From Coniocarpon cinnabarinum (Eukaryota): 64,000 nucleotides of DNA. Below are positions 34,617-47,776 of this stretch, one piece after another. The notes beneath the pieces were generated by a model. The model was given only the letters and a program-made list of their open reading frames with translations. It did not search any database and was not told the origin of the DNA. The stretch lies in NCBI GenBank assembly GCA_051942205.1, contig JAVECO010000101.1, positions 1-64,000 of the forward strand. The letters run 5' to 3'. The number at the start of each line of letters is the position of its first letter. Position 1 is the stretch's first letter. Made by a program: the position numbers and the translations under genes.

Positions 34617-35567
34617 TCACATCGGCACAAACGCCTCTTTGCGCCCTTTGCTCTTCCTCATTTCCTCCACCCTTTTCTTGTCCTCGTCAAACTTCCTCAA
34701 CAGCTCTTTCTCGGCTTGCTTTCTTCGCTCGCGATTTTGGAACCTGTAAAAGTCCGTCATACCCTCAACTTTATCTTTTTCCTTCTTCCTCTGCTTGGCT
34801 AGGCGCTCACTGGCCGCTTCACTTCGTACCGGGCCTTCCTTCCCACCTCGCGTGACTGTGATAAAACCATCTTCATCAGGCTGGCTCCTTAGTTGAGTCT
34901 GTTCCCGCTTATTTGCCTCTTCGTATTGTCCAAACGCAGTCATGAACCTGTCTGCGGCTTCCTGAAGTACCTCGTGACTCGGAAACCGCATAGCTTCGTG
35001 TCTGCGGTACCGGTCGGATCCCAGCGACGGCACCTTGGCATCGACTTCTTCACCTCCCCATGGAAGTGATTTTGACTCGTCAACTGCTTTCCTCACCGCT
35101 TTCATAGCACCTTTTGCGCTTCTCTCGTCCACAAACACCACGACCGCGCTGCTCCCGCTTTTGTGCACCTCCCTGTCCCATGTTTGCGGCAGTCGCAACT
35201 CCGGCTTCTCCAACTGGCCATCCTTGCCTCTTTTGCGCTTCTTGCCACGCTTTTGCTGATCTGAGAGACTTTGCGCCTGGGCTCTTTTCGCAGCTTTTTT
35301 ACTGGCTTTGGCCTCGTCGAACTCAACACTTTCAACACGGTGGCCCCCAGCGTGCACAGCAAACAGGTGTCGAAAATGGAAAAGTGTACTGTCTACAGGT
35401 ATGTTCGCAACATACAGCGAGCGCCCAGCATCAGGATCTGGCAGTTTCGGTGTGTGAGGGCGGATGTAGAGGTAGTGGGTTACAGGATGTGGGAAGGCTG
35501 GGTGAGGCGCAATGGAAAGCGGAACTATTGTAAACCCCGACACATTTGTGGCATTGGCACTAGACAT
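34617..35567 (-). CDS. RRP7: Ribosomal RNA-processing protein 7
   Basis: HYLYIRPH..RSLYVANIPVDS RRM-like region; PDEDGFITVTRGG and DFYRFQNRE..ELLRKFDEDKKRV. Confidence 0.9.
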   Translation of the reverse strand: MSSANATNVSGFTIVPLSIAPHPAFPHPVTHYLYIRPHTPKLPDPDAGRSLYVANIPVDSTLFHFRHLFAVHAGGHRVESVEFDEAKASKKAAKRAQAQSLSDQQKRGKKRKRGKDGQLEKPELRLPQTWDREVHKSGSSAVVVFVDERSAKGAMKAVRKAVDESKSLPWGGEEVDAKVPSLGSDRYRRHEAMRFPSHEVLQEAADRFMTAFGQYEEANKREQTQLRSQPDEDGFITVTRGGKEGPVRSEAASERLAKQRKKEKDKVEGMTDFYRFQNRERRKQAEKELLRKFDEDKKRVEEMRKSKGRKEAFVPM

Positions 35568-35909
35568 ATCGGCTGCCGGAATGTCCGCGACGGTCAGAAA
35601 CTGCCAGTGGGAACCTAGATGCGCAGAGTAGGATTCTTGTGGACCGACTCAATGCCAACTCCATGAAGGCTGGGCAGGGTTCCACTATACATATAGTGAA
35701 TTCTTGCACGAAATCGAAGTCTGTGGTGAGAGATTATTCCACTACAGGCACAAAGTCAGAGAAGAGTGCAGGGATGACAGAGTCTGAGCAATCTTCTTCA
35801 CTGGTCATCACTGATCACGTTTCATAGATACTTCAAATTTGACGCCTCGCTATGCTTTTAGAGTCCATCAGAATGCCTGGGTATCAATCAATGCTCTACT
35901 ACCTGCTCT

Positions 35910-38900
35910 TCATTCGTCCATCAGCCAGGTCCGGCTTATTTCTTTCGCAAGCCCCAAGCGAAGAATTTTGAGCACATCTACGCTTTCTGCATGTCGATCA
36001 AAACCCTGGCGCCAGTCCCATGCCCGCTTTACTGAGCCCTTGACGAGAACTCCGCTATTACTTGCACTGGATTTAGTTTGACTCTGTTTGAGTAGATCAC
36101 TTCCAATGAGAGAAAATTGTGACCCGCTGAGATTCGAGCCAGACCGCTTGAGAGTGGTGCGTGGAGATGGTGGCGTCGAGCCGTGTGCGCTCGCAATCGC
36201 AGACTTGAAACACTCATCGCATTGTTCATAAATCGTAGGCGAAACTGTTGACAAATCCTCGACGGCCTTGAGCAGAGCCACAATCTGATCGCGGTTCATG
36301 AGAGACCTTGGATGATTGACAAATGGCATTGCCTCCCCTAGAAGCACAGGCAGGCAGTCTGTTGGTAAAGCCGTGTCCACTGAATGATCAAACAAGCCTC
36401 CATGGATGCTATCCGAGGCGCTTTGGACTAGGTTTATTAGATTCGCCAAAGCTTCTTTCTTCCTTGCCAAAGGTCGTAATGAGGTTGCTGTGCTATGCTG
36501 CTCAAGATATTCTTGATCTCGCAACTCGTAAAATTTTCGCACTGTTGCATAGCCACTAACATGTCGTATCAGCGACACAGATGTTTCGGGATCCAACACC
36601 GCAAGCCTGGACATCGTCTGCTTCGGGGACTGTATTAGAAATAGAAGTGATTCGTCCATCTCGTCTGCCGGCGGATATGCCATCGACTGGACAAGGCTCA
36701 AAGAAGAAAGCAAGTCGAGTATGTCTTTGATCTTACCACTGGCTCCTGCTCGAGTGTAGTAGAAAATGGCAGTGCCGTATAAGTGCGTTGTTTCTGCAAG
36801 TTTGTCACCGTAGCGCTAAAAGCACCTATCGTCAGCATTATACCTCTCATTGGTTGCAGAGAAGCATCCCCCATACCTCTGATATGCGTCGTGATTGCAC
36901 GAGCAGACCAATATTATTACAGAGCCGGATTGTCTCATCGACCTCTGCAGCATCCCTAAGATCCATTTGATCGAGGAGCTCACTGATCTTTCTCTCTGCC
37001 ATCGATTCGTCGTGCAAACGACCTAAAACCTCGATCGCGAGGTGCCAACCTTGGCGTTGTGTACTGTGGTCCTGGAAGGTTGCATGACTGAACAGAAGAC
37101 TTGCATAATCGCAAAGCATCGTATCATGGTCACTTTGCAGGCCGCGTTGCTGGGCATAGCTCAACACCATAAGATCGCTTTGGTTGAACCCTTCCATCAT
37201 GCCGTCGGACGGCCGTGCTCGACCCAACCAGCCTCCTCGCCCACCGATCTCGACGATTGCTGAAGCAATCACCGGAGACCATCCTTTGACGAGTCGAATG
37301 AGACCCTCAAACTCACTCGTGACAACGCATGCCAAAGCAACCTGGGTAGCGTTCGTCGGGTCAACCTGGAGTTCGTAATCATCATCGCTGCTCTTGACCA
37401 CCAACAAGGCCTCCGAGAGTTTGGCCAAATATGCGGCCTGAGGATGTGCATCAATCAGGCGATCCTGGCGTTGGAATGATCTGCGCAAATGCCGACTGCC
37501 TGCCATGTCTCTTTGTCCAAGATCTGCGTCATCCCCGTCCCACCATGCGGTCAAACCAAGCGTTCCCTCAAGCCAGTCGCTGGATGCAGCAATGATCTCA
37601 CTAGGCGTACCAAGTAATTGGCCGTAAAGGTAGACGAGGTTTTGATAAATGCTCCAAGGTACTCTGCTTTCTGCCTGACGGCTTCTCTGGCTAAATGATA
37701 AGCTGCCATTCGAAGGACTGTCCATACCGAAGTGAGACGCTTCAAAGTTGGAATTACTGCGTGAATAGCGATCTACGTTGCCGCCTTCCGCGAAACTTTG
37801 TAGATCGTTTCTAGCCTGCTGAACTCTCCGACGGAATAGCGTCCACTCAGGTCCTTTCACATTCCAGTCGTTGCTCTGTGCGCCGGGACAAGATTCCAGA
37901 ACTTCTATGGCGCGGCTCACAGCGCGATTCGCATTTGCAAGCTGCTTGCCTTCATAGCCAAAGTCTGTGTCACCGTCATGAATGGCTGTGACCGCTTGTG
38001 CGAGATCCGCATTCCTCAGAAGATCGCAAGCACTTCGAATATCGCCGCGTACAGTTGAATTATAGACAATATCCCAGAATCGGTCGTGACAAGCAGGATT
38101 TGGTTGAAAGTCGAATACTTCCTCAAAGTCACCTTTGAACGGCCAATGAAATCTGTTGAGCCAATCCAGCAGAACCTTAGGTATGGGGTCAGGATGTTGC
38201 CGCAGGGATCCAGCACGTCCAGTAAAACGAGAATTCGCGGGTGGATTGTGAATTTGAAGCAAAAGGCTCGCTACTAGAAGCGCTTTCAGTTGTGGGGTCA
38301 ACGACAGACTGGGGCCGAACACAACGCTGGCAAGCTCCTGAGTAATGCTTTGCCGCCAAGCTTCCAGCAGCAGTTGTGTAGATTCACCCAAGGACTGAGT
38401 CTCTTCATATGAGTCTTGACCTGTTGCCTGAGCCAATTCATCAAGGATTTCTTCAGTCTGTAAAATCATACTGTCAGGCTCCTTGAAAGACGGAGAAGCG
38501 GACGTGGTGAGTCCCTTGGCAATTTCGAGAAGATTCAAGCTATCTGTGATAGGAAGCGATTCGTCTCGTGAAGCTTGTGAGTATTGCATGAGGTCTTGAC
38601 CAGGCTCTTCGTCTTGATCCATAGCATCCGATGCATCGTCGTGCGCATCATCATCTAGAATCGGATCTTGCCGTGATCTCGAAAAGCTGTTGTTTGAGGG
38701 CTTGCGACTCGAAGAAAGAAAAGTTGGGAAGGGAACGGCAGACCCATTTGAGCCATGGCCAAGGAAGGAGGAGGCTGGAGGATTGCCGGTAGGTGTGGTA
38801 GAGAGGCCGGTCAGGGACGTCGGTGGAGGACCGGCTGGTGTGGTCGAGGGATGATCATCGAGCGCTGGATTCCGCGACTTGTTTGGAGTCGAGGGTGGAC

Positions 38901-38928
38901 TCGCGGAGTCGGGAACTCGATAACTCAT
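35910..38928 (-). CDS. NUP85: Nucleoporin Nup85-like, 2 exons (38928-36877, 36815-35910), ~985 aa
   Basis: PIPKVLLDWLNRFH, PACHDRFWD, LESCPG, DWLEGTLGLTAWWDG, GWHLAIEVLGRL, YGTAIFYYTRAG across a 61-nt intron. Confidence 0.82.
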
Positions 38929-39533
38929 GTTGAGGTGCAGGGCATGCTGGTTAAGTATGTCTGAAAAGCCTATGCGTGGCGTCTAAGGGTGTCGTGCAGC
39001 TGCCTACGTTGTTCGAGGCGCTTGGCAAATATCACCTCATATTGGCTCGTTCTAGACAGGATAATTTGGCGAGAGACGATGGCTTGCGCAACCAGGCCGA
39101 CTTTCAGAGACCATCCAATGCACCAAAAGCTTTGCCTTTGGAGACGCGACGCAAACGCGACCTCAAAGTCACCTAAAGCTGTAGTTGCCGCCCCACCCAA
39201 CTGCCTTGCATGAACGCTACCCACATACTGCCTATAGCGTATTCATTGTCCCTTCATCCCAGAGTGCTTCGAGCTGTTGCTACTTTTTGTCAATACGTGC
39301 ATTGCCCGAGGCTTCGGGATGCACGTCGACCATTCTGCAGGCAGGATTCCGTTGCGACCTAACTTTAAATCATGGTCGGCAACGACTTCTGTCTGATATC
39401 GTTTGGGGCTTACTCTAGGCTGCCGCATTGACTACCTAGCCTGTGTTTTCTTCTTTCAATTTGTGTAGTGGCTATGAGGCTCGTACTATATGGAATTGCC
39501 ACGATTGCAAGATCGAGAACGAGATAAGGCATC

Positions 39534-41808
39534 ATGTCCGACAAGGGACCTAATTCCAAGATCCCCTGCGTGAATTGCCGGCAGCAAAAGGCCCGATGTG
39601 ACAAGAACCTTTCTTCGAGCGAGCCTTGCTCAAGATGCAATCGATTGAAGCAGACTTGTGAAGTCTCGTCATCCTATAAGCGGCAAACTAAACGCCTGTA
39701 AGCTGAGCCAAGATGATCGTACCTGGTGTTCTTGAGACCAACCTGATTCAGTCGCATGACACAGTTCCGGCAGCCGGCCACTGCCAACGATCTTCAACCA
39801 TACACGGGGCAACATGTGCTTCAGTGTCCGGGTCCGGGTGAACGCACTGCGGAGGTCGAATCAATGTCAAAGCCCTCGCAATCATCTGACAGGAATATGG
39901 AAGGGATTGAAGTCTCTGCAAAAATCATCAGCGACACGTTCTCGGAATATTTTAGGAGGTGAGCTGCGCTGATCTTGAGCAAGTTTTCCCACCACGGTGT
40001 GCTTGGACCTATTGACTTTGTTGCATTCATTCTCTAAGTCCTCGTTGTATGCTTAACGGAGGCGATCGCTCGCCTCAAGAATGTGTCACAAACCGCGCCT
40101 GCTTTAAATTGTATCATCATCCGCAGAGCTTCTACTGAGCCTTCTGAATACCTATTATGAATAAGGGCCTTTTTGTGTACCTATGTATGCTGATTTCATG
40201 CCGTTAGCTTCCACGACTTCCTGCCAATCTTGGACCCAACGATGACACCTGACGAGTATTACAACAGCTCACGCTTTCTATTCTGGGCAGTTATGGCAAT
40301 TGCCGGCCAAAGAACAATGCAGGGCGTCATGTCTGTTTCAGTGTCGCCGAAAGTCAACAACCTCGCCTTTGACTGCCTAAAGTGGCCCAAAGATTATTAC
40401 AACTCGATCAAGGCCTTGCTTCTTCTGTTGACATGGGCAAGTTTTGGTCGTGGCGAGAATGCGCAAGGAAGTCAAAATGTGCTAACAAGATCATTTGAAG
40501 CCACTCAATGTGGGATGTATTCCTGACATGACGTTCACACTCTCTGGATCAGCCCTTCATATGGGTATGATTATTGGACTTCATGTACCTATGTCAAGCC
40601 AAGAATTCGCCAACGCTAAGATCTCCCTTACGGAGGATCAAATAAACGAAAGAGCTGAGATTTGGGCGCACTGTCTAATCCTCCATGGAAGGATCTGCAG
40701 TTTGAAAGGCATCGCTTCCATGACGACTGGTGCAGTTGCCAGCGATCAAGAGTCCATTGGCGCTATCGCCGGGAGATTGCCGCCACGTTTCGCGTATCAA
40801 TCACGGCTTCACCGCATCGTTACGAGGTGCAACATGTCAGTGCAGAGAAGTGGTCTCAGAACGCTTTCAGTGGATCAAGAACGAGCGCTCGATATCCTGA
40901 TCCGGATCTTCTTCGAGCAGCTGGATGACATTGCCCACGACGCGAGTTCAGGTGATATTGGCAAAGCTGCTCAAAAGGTCTCAGACTTCCATGCTGACAA
41001 TGCATACAGACTCTGATCGACTTCTTCATGCGATAGCGCAACTTCAAGTCAAATGCTTTGTGTTCTTCAAAATCCATAGTCCAATCGACGAGCAATCTCT
41101 CGTCTCTCTACACACAATCTCTTGCCATATTATCCGATCTGCCAGAGCATTGGACGAGTCGCAGGACTTCCTCTCAAAAGCGCCCACTCATTTCCGCTTC
41201 GGGCTTTTGCTCGCTGCCTACGTGCTGCTTCGCCTCTTGAAGAGTCCATATGCGGCTTACCTCGACGACGAAGTGAAGAACTGCTTTTTGTCTACGATCG
41301 AAATGGCAAAACGCCTGTCTGCGTTCTCCGGCGACCCACCTCACAAGCACGCTACTGCGTTAACGCAGCTATTGGGTAGCCAAAAGGCGTTCAGGAAGAG
41401 TGACGGATCAGACTTCACGGTTTTGCGGTTACGTACTCGTCTCACGATGAGCATTGTGTTTGGTCAGTAGTCCTTGCCTCAGACGAAATCTCACGGCTTG
41501 CAATAGCAGTGCTAATGGATTATCAAGATGCTTTGTGGTGGTGGAAAGAAGAATTCCAAGGACAGACCGGACTCTTCGACAGCACTGCCAGTCAGTCCGA
41601 GAGCCACACGAGTAACATCTCGACACCCTCTGCAAATGCAAACAAGGAACCCTCTACTTCCACGCCCGGGCCGTGGGGGCTTCATAACACTAGCTTGAGC
41701 ATGTTCGATGACCGTATCCTCGATGACATCGAGCTCGGGACCAACCTCGACTCTGACCTGTTCATGAGTTGGCCGGACGTGAATGGAGGACAAAATTTTA
41801 GCTCATAA
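39534..41808 (+). CDS. Zn(II)2Cys6 transcription factor, Sef1/Leu3-like, 6 inferred exons (39534-39697, 39752-39958, 40208-40436, 40501-40951, 41010-41462, 41528-41808)
   Basis: Exon 1 (not in ORF track) encodes CVNCRQQKARCD...PCSRCNRLKQTC; middle region FHDFLPILDP, LFWAVM, IGLH; C-terminal RLTMSIVFDALWWWKEEF. Confidence 0.82.
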
Positions 41809-41999
41809 TACTGCGAAGCCGCCAACATACTTTTCTATGTGCTGTAAAGCAATGAGGACTCACTGCTAGCGGAGAAGAGCTACAATACCTACACACTACT
41901 GGAATATCATGTCTTCGCTGAGAGAATGCAGTAAACATGAGACCTGGCTGGGTGAAACGTGACACAAGAACGATCAACACACAAAGAGCGTCCAGCGAA

Positions 42000-43884
42000 T
42001 CACGTCTTCTCTAACCTGACCTCTTCAGCCTTCCCATCCAGCTCGCCCCGCTTCCCGACGCTCTCGACCTCCCTGTCAGCCTCTCTCGACCCCTTTCGCA
42101 CACCGACCGCGTCATCCTCCAATCGCCCCTCCACCACCACCGGTGGGCCACCAAAGTTCCGTCGCCCATACGCGAAATACCACGCGATACTGATGGTGGC
42201 GAAACCGGCAAACACAACACTCGCGTAGTTCATCGACTCGGCTGATAGATCTGCCTTGGCAACTGGCAAACAGAAGAGCACGATGGCGAGACTGATCCAG
42301 CAGAGCGTGGCGGCGTTGACGATGGGACCGAGCACGGCGCCGAGGCTAAAGGGGCTGTCTTTGACGCTTCGACGGCCGCGAAGCAGGGAAATGAGGATGG
42401 GCAAGCCGTATGAGGCGTTGAGGGAGAGTGTAGCGACGCCCGTGAAGGAGTTGAAGGCGGCGGTGCTGCCGAAGTAGATGAGGCCCAGGAGGCAGTCGAC
42501 GGTGAAGGACAGGAGAAGCGCGTTCAGCGGCAAAGGGCCGGATCCAGGCACATGCGGCACGACGCGCCGGAAGAGCGCGGGGAAGGGAATGGCGCCGTCG
42601 CGCGCGAAGGCGTATGTGCAGCGTGAAGCGGCAGTGAGAGCGCCGGTGCCGGCAAAGAAGAGAATACCCAGAATGAGGAAGAGCAGGCCGAAGCCGCCAC
42701 CGGCACTGCCCGTGACCGTCTTGAAAAGCAGACCGATGGGCTGGGAGTTGGCGACGTCGAGCAAGGTTTGCACGTCTGGGAGGACGAAGAGAAGAGGAAT
42801 GAGGTAGAGGAGGCCGGTGAGACCCGCGGCGGCGACGGACAGGACGATGGCTTTGGGGACGGCGCGCTCGGGGTGGGCGACTTCTTCGCACATGGCTGCG
42901 ACCATGCCGTAGCCTGTGAGTGTGTAGGCGGCTTGGAGGAGGCCAACGAAGAACGCCCTGGTCATTCCCGTCAGTTCGTCGACTTTACATCAGTGCCCAT
43001 GCATTGAGAAAGTAGCAGCTTACCATCCAGTCGGCCAGCCCGAGGCGCTAGCATCATAATGCCCAAAGACGAAAGAACCAGAGCGCAGATTATGTCGGCC
43101 CATAGTAAGTAGCGTAACGAGCAGAATAATCACTGAGGCGCCCGTCCAATAGATACACACCTTATTAATGACATCCAAGTACTTGGCCGCGAACACATTC
43201 GGAATCAAACACACCAGCATCACCGCCCAAAACATCAAAACCGTCTGCCACGCCGTCGGGACAAAGTCCTCATCCCACAGCGTAATCGCGCTGAGCACGA
43301 GTTGTGCCCCCGAGAAATTGATACTCAAAGTCACTGTCCAGTTTCCGATCAAAGTCGTCCACCCGGTGATCCAGGACGTGATGGGTGCCCAGCCCGGCGT
43401 GGCGAGCATGGCGCTCCAGTAGTAGACGCCGCCTGCGGTGGGGAAGACGGCGCAAATTTCGGCGAGGGAGGCCGCAATGGCGAGGGACATGCTGGAGACG
43501 AAGACCCAGCCCCAGAGGACGGTGACGGATTGGCCGTCGGTGAGGGTGATGTAGAGGGTGGTGCTCAAGCCGAAGGGGACGGCCCTTGTGTTGACCACAT
43601 CTCAGGAACGAGTGGTCCAAGGACGATCTGATGAATAACTTACATGATGGCGAAGGAGCTGGAGATTACGTAGAATGAGTCAATGAGTATTCTCGCATTC
43701 GATATCGGGTATGAGTGAAAAGAGAATAGGAAAGTGATGGAGGAAGCGTTCATACATACAGCCCCAGGACTGAAAGCATGGAGAGGTTGCGTGCAAGCTC
43801 GCCCTTGTAGCCCATTTTCTCGAGGTTGGCGTCCGCATGCTCGTCAACAGAGCCCTGACGGGCAGCAGATGACCGCTTGCGCAT
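42000..43884 (-). CDS. APC-superfamily amino acid/polyamine (GABA/choline-type) permease, 4 exons including a 15-nt micro-exon (43658-43644)
   Basis: LEKMGYKGELARNLSMLSVLGLSFAIMAVPFG, SLAEICAVFPTAGGVYYWS, AMCEEVAHPERAVPKAI, SRCTYAFARDGAIP, MNYASVV. Confidence 0.92.
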
Positions 43885-43912
43885 TGTGGGTTGTCCAAGC
43901 AGTGTCTGAAAG

Positions 43913-43941
43913 CCGGACTGCCAGTACTTGTCTCAGTCCGG
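43913..43941. repeat. Perfect 8-bp inverted repeat CCGGACTG-N13-CAGTCCGG upstream of the permease ATG
   Basis: Read directly; lies 29-57 bp upstream of the ATG at 43884. Confidence 0.7.
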
Positions 43942-45590
43942 TGGGATGTGCTTATTTTGCGGTTGTGCGTGCCCTGCGTCTACATGCTTTGAGCTTGATG
44001 TCGCTGACGCGAATCAGGAGTAAAACCCAGTCAAAGCATCAAAATGTCTGTACTGGCATACGCATCGAAGTCACGAGAGAAGTCGATACGGCCCCATTGA
44101 GCACGAGGAAGTGAAGTAGCGACAGAGCAGGCTAGACCACTGGGCAGCTCTCCGCAAGCCAGAAGCTTCGCAGCCATTGGGTGCGGGACGCTATCAGCAA
44201 CGACTCCGATAGTGACCCCACTCCCCACCATCTTCTCTTATTGCAAAGTGTCAGGATGACGGCACGAATTGAATATGCCATGTCCTGAAGCTTCAGAGGT
44301 GTAATTGAAGAGAGCGTCACGGTGGTCTCCTCCTGCAAGATCCCAGGTCGAGGAATCCTTCACATTGTTAGCCTGGCAGTGCCTGGCTGGACAGAATATG
44401 CCACTTCACGCCACGTGCGCTAGCTTTTAGCTGCTTCATAGGTGATAGTTATAGGGCTCGGGAGAGCTGGTGATGCCGGCCCTTCGCTGTCTTTTTCGAA
44501 TCCTCTAAAATGGAAGACCCTCAAGCGAGTATTTGACAGTTGATGCCATTCCCGCTTTGTACCCAGCACTCAGTCGCGCAGAGCGTCCAGCAGGAAGCTC
44601 GAGTCAACTTCCTTGGATTGAGAGACCAAAATGCCGGAACGGGAGTCCTTGCGCCGCGTCCACCGCCGCATGTGGTCTTTGTAGCCCCCCACCAACCACC
44701 AGCCCTTCATGCATTGCACTGCAAACTGCACGGATTTCGCCAACCAGCCACTCATCGACAAGCTGTCCGGCACAGTGCACGGCTTACACACTTAGCACCT
44801 CAAGCTAATGCATGCACTGTCCGCCGGCAGCATGGCCGTCTTGCAGGCCAACGTCGAGCCAAACCCCTTCTCGTAAAAAAACAAGGCGCAACATTGGTCA
44901 CCTTGACGGCCACACGGCGTATTTGGTAACTCGCCCCTGCTTCTGCTTTGAAATTCTCACTGTTGTCACCGCGTGCAGTCGCCAAATCATGAGCATCGTA
45001 CAGGACGAGTTGTGACGCTAATGTCCATGATTCCTTACGAAAGTTCAGAATGATTGCCATGTAGCGCCGGTACAAGGCCAGGCAAGATACCAGCCAAGTC
45101 TCGGGTCCTGGCGGATGACGGGAGCATGCTGCGTCAATCCTGGCGCATACGACCGACTTTGTGTCCCTGACTGTTCCGGCGAAAGTGGTAGGCGAAGCTT
45201 GGTTGCAGCGCGGGACCAACCTTGCCATACTCAGGGCTATCTTCGATGGGGCTTCGCGAGGATGACTATGAAGACGCCACCCGTGCATGCGTCAACCCCA
45301 CCTAATTTGGGGCTCAAGATCTGGCCCATTTTGCTTTAAGAGTCGCTGAGCCTTTCATGGGCAGTTCCCGTTCGATAGGTGACCATCCTTCCCTTGGTCG
45401 TACCAACATCTTCGCCCGCCGCTTTGTGATCCTTCTCGAACGTTGATACCGAAATTTGAGACTTGTTGAAAGTCCAATATAGTTAGACGGGTCCTCCTTA
45501 CTCTTCACGTCCTCTAAAGCGCGTAACACTGACATACCGGCGCACTTGAGTCTTGTGCTTTTTTCGGCGTATCAACTCACGGCATTCGAA

Positions 45591-46738
45591 ATGCAAGTCA
45601 CCGGTCTTGGGCAGGCCGTGCTTGTCATTCCCGTCGTATTTCTGACCCTCGCTCTGGTTTCCTTGGGCCTGCGCTTCGGAGCTAAGCGATTGAGGAGGAG
45701 ACCGTGGAAGCTGCATGATGCGCTGATTCTTGTTGCACTGGTTTTCAGTTTCCTCCAGGTTGCGGCGGTCTACTATGGTTTGTTTTCTGAATCTCAAGAC
45801 GCGCGTATGGATCCTGACATGAACCTAGGCGTACTACAAGGCGGTCTTGGAACGCACACAGATCAACTTACCAGTGAACAAGTCTCGAAAATGTTCAAAG
45901 TATGTGGCTGAAGACCTACTCATGGCGAATGAAATCTCAACTCACCGGACTAAAGGCTTTCACGGCACACAGCGTGGCGTGGATTCTTGCAACTGATATC
46001 GCCAAGCTGTCTGTCCTGGCTTTCTACCTCGATATCTTCAGCATTCGATTAGGCTTTCGCCGTATTGCCTTTGGCTTCATGGCATTTGTTGTCGTTTACG
46101 GCATTGCGAGCATACTCTGCGTGTTCACCATTTGCCGACCTTTCAAAGCAATGTGGGATAAGACTATACCAGGACACTGTGGGGATATCATGAACGCCAT
46201 GTTTGCAACGGCTGTCATCAACACTGTTGAAGATTTGCTCGTTGTGATCATGCCACTGCCAATCCTGTGGAACTTGCAGGTTTCGCAGCGAAAGAAGCTT
46301 GGTATGAGTGCAGTGATTGCATTTGGCCTGTTGTGAGTGCACAAGTCCCAGCGCACACGCCAGATGGTCCTAACCGCGATCAGCATTTGCGTTGTCAATC
46401 TATGTCGACTCATTTTTGCTTCGGTCACCAATCGGTCTGACGCAGCGTATTCGCAAGCATATCAAATACTGTTCATGAACCTCGAGGTCCAGATGGGCAT
46501 CATCAACGCGTGTGTGCCGACAATGAAACCGTTGTTCACCCGGAGGCCGCCAGCGGTGCACGCCGTACCTAGCTATTCGGGCTTCAGCAACGGACCTACT
46601 GCTCCGGCCACGATAGGCTCAGAGAAGGCGCGGAACTTGAGTCGAGACAGTGACGAGCACCTGCTTGTCATGGGTGATGAGAAGAGCGTAGAAATGGCAC
46701 GATTAGATCGTATTTGGGAGTCACGGTTGTCTCAGTGA
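45591..46738 (+). CDS. PTH11-like (fungal rhodopsin-domain) integral membrane protein without CFEM, 4 exons
   Basis: LGLRF..DALILVAL, GGLGTH, AKLSVLAFY, ICRPFKAMWD..GHC, DLLVVIMPLPILWNLQVSQRKK, LEVQMGIINACVPTMKPLF. Confidence 0.88.
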
Positions 46739-47776
46739 GCGCGGTACGATATGATATGTACGATACGGGTAATGCACCAGCTGAGTGAGACGCGCGTTTG
46801 GCTTGTTTGAGGTGGGCTGTAAGGTGCAGATCCGTTTTGCTTTCCTGCAGAAGGTTGAAAGCGTGCGTAGACCGAACGGAGCGGGGCTGTGCCTGACCGC
46901 AGCGAGGGAAGAGCTCAGATGCCCTCGACTGATCTACGAGCAGATACAAGACCCGACCCGGAGGGTGAGCTGTATCTCAGAGCTTGGCCATTGGATGCAC
47001 GAATTCCTGCTGCACGTTGGGCGGGACGAGATGCAGCCAGGCGAGACATGGACGAAGCTCCTGGTCGACGTGGAGGATGCCCAGACCCTTGTTGTGCGGT
47101 TGGCAAAGTCAGTCCTGCACTGATCGAGACCCTTCAGTCGCAATAGTGTCAACAAGATGCTTCGTTGACGATGTGCACGGCATTGAATGCCGAGATTGAG
47201 AGAAATCCACGCAAGCCGCAGGCTCACCAATACGGCAGTCCAACGTCATCGGCCAGAAGTGGGCAGGCGCTTGGCCAAGAGAGGAAGCATGTGAGCAATA
47301 CGGGCAGCCTTGGCAGAGCGGTGCACGGAGCAGCTGCAGTTTAATGCAGTTTAATGCCTCTTGCTGCACCTCCTCTCCACTTTGCTATCCTCGTCCCCGT
47401 CCCCGTCTCGCTCTTCTACACCTCTTTGCCAACCACCGTCACTCGCTTCTGTCGCGCTTTTGCTTTTTCCTCTCCTTGTGTCATCCCTCAGCAAGCTTCG
47501 TGGCCTGGTATGCGAGCATCTGAAGACTAAAGGTAACCTCAAACGCTATACCTGCCCCCTAACTGGACACGGCCCAACCACGGCCAGACACCAGACGCAT
47601 ACACGACGGCCCCCTGTCGCCCATTCTCTTTCCCTACTCACGTCAGCCTCGAAACGCGCCCGAAATCCATCCTGCGCTGCCCTGGCCCATTTCTGACGTG
47701 CTACAGATCCCTCCTCTATCTACTGCTGCCTTCCTTCTCACACTCGCTGGCCGCGGCCATGCTCTGCGCCTCCAAC

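Noticed and set aside
43884..44000. Possible TPP riboswitch in the permease leader (CTGAGA present on the minus strand)
   Set aside because: The downstream conserved aptamer elements (ACTTGAT...TAAT..CAGCG-like) are absent.
32687..46738. SDR, transcription factor, permease and PTH11-like gene as a secondary-metabolite cluster
   Set aside because: No PKS, NRPS or terpene backbone gene, and the set is interrupted by RRP7 and NUP85.
46785..47123. 112-codon ORF with HEFLLH, resembling a metal-binding motif
   Set aside because: No ATG at the start, lies directly behind the PTH11-like stop, and no supporting domain context.
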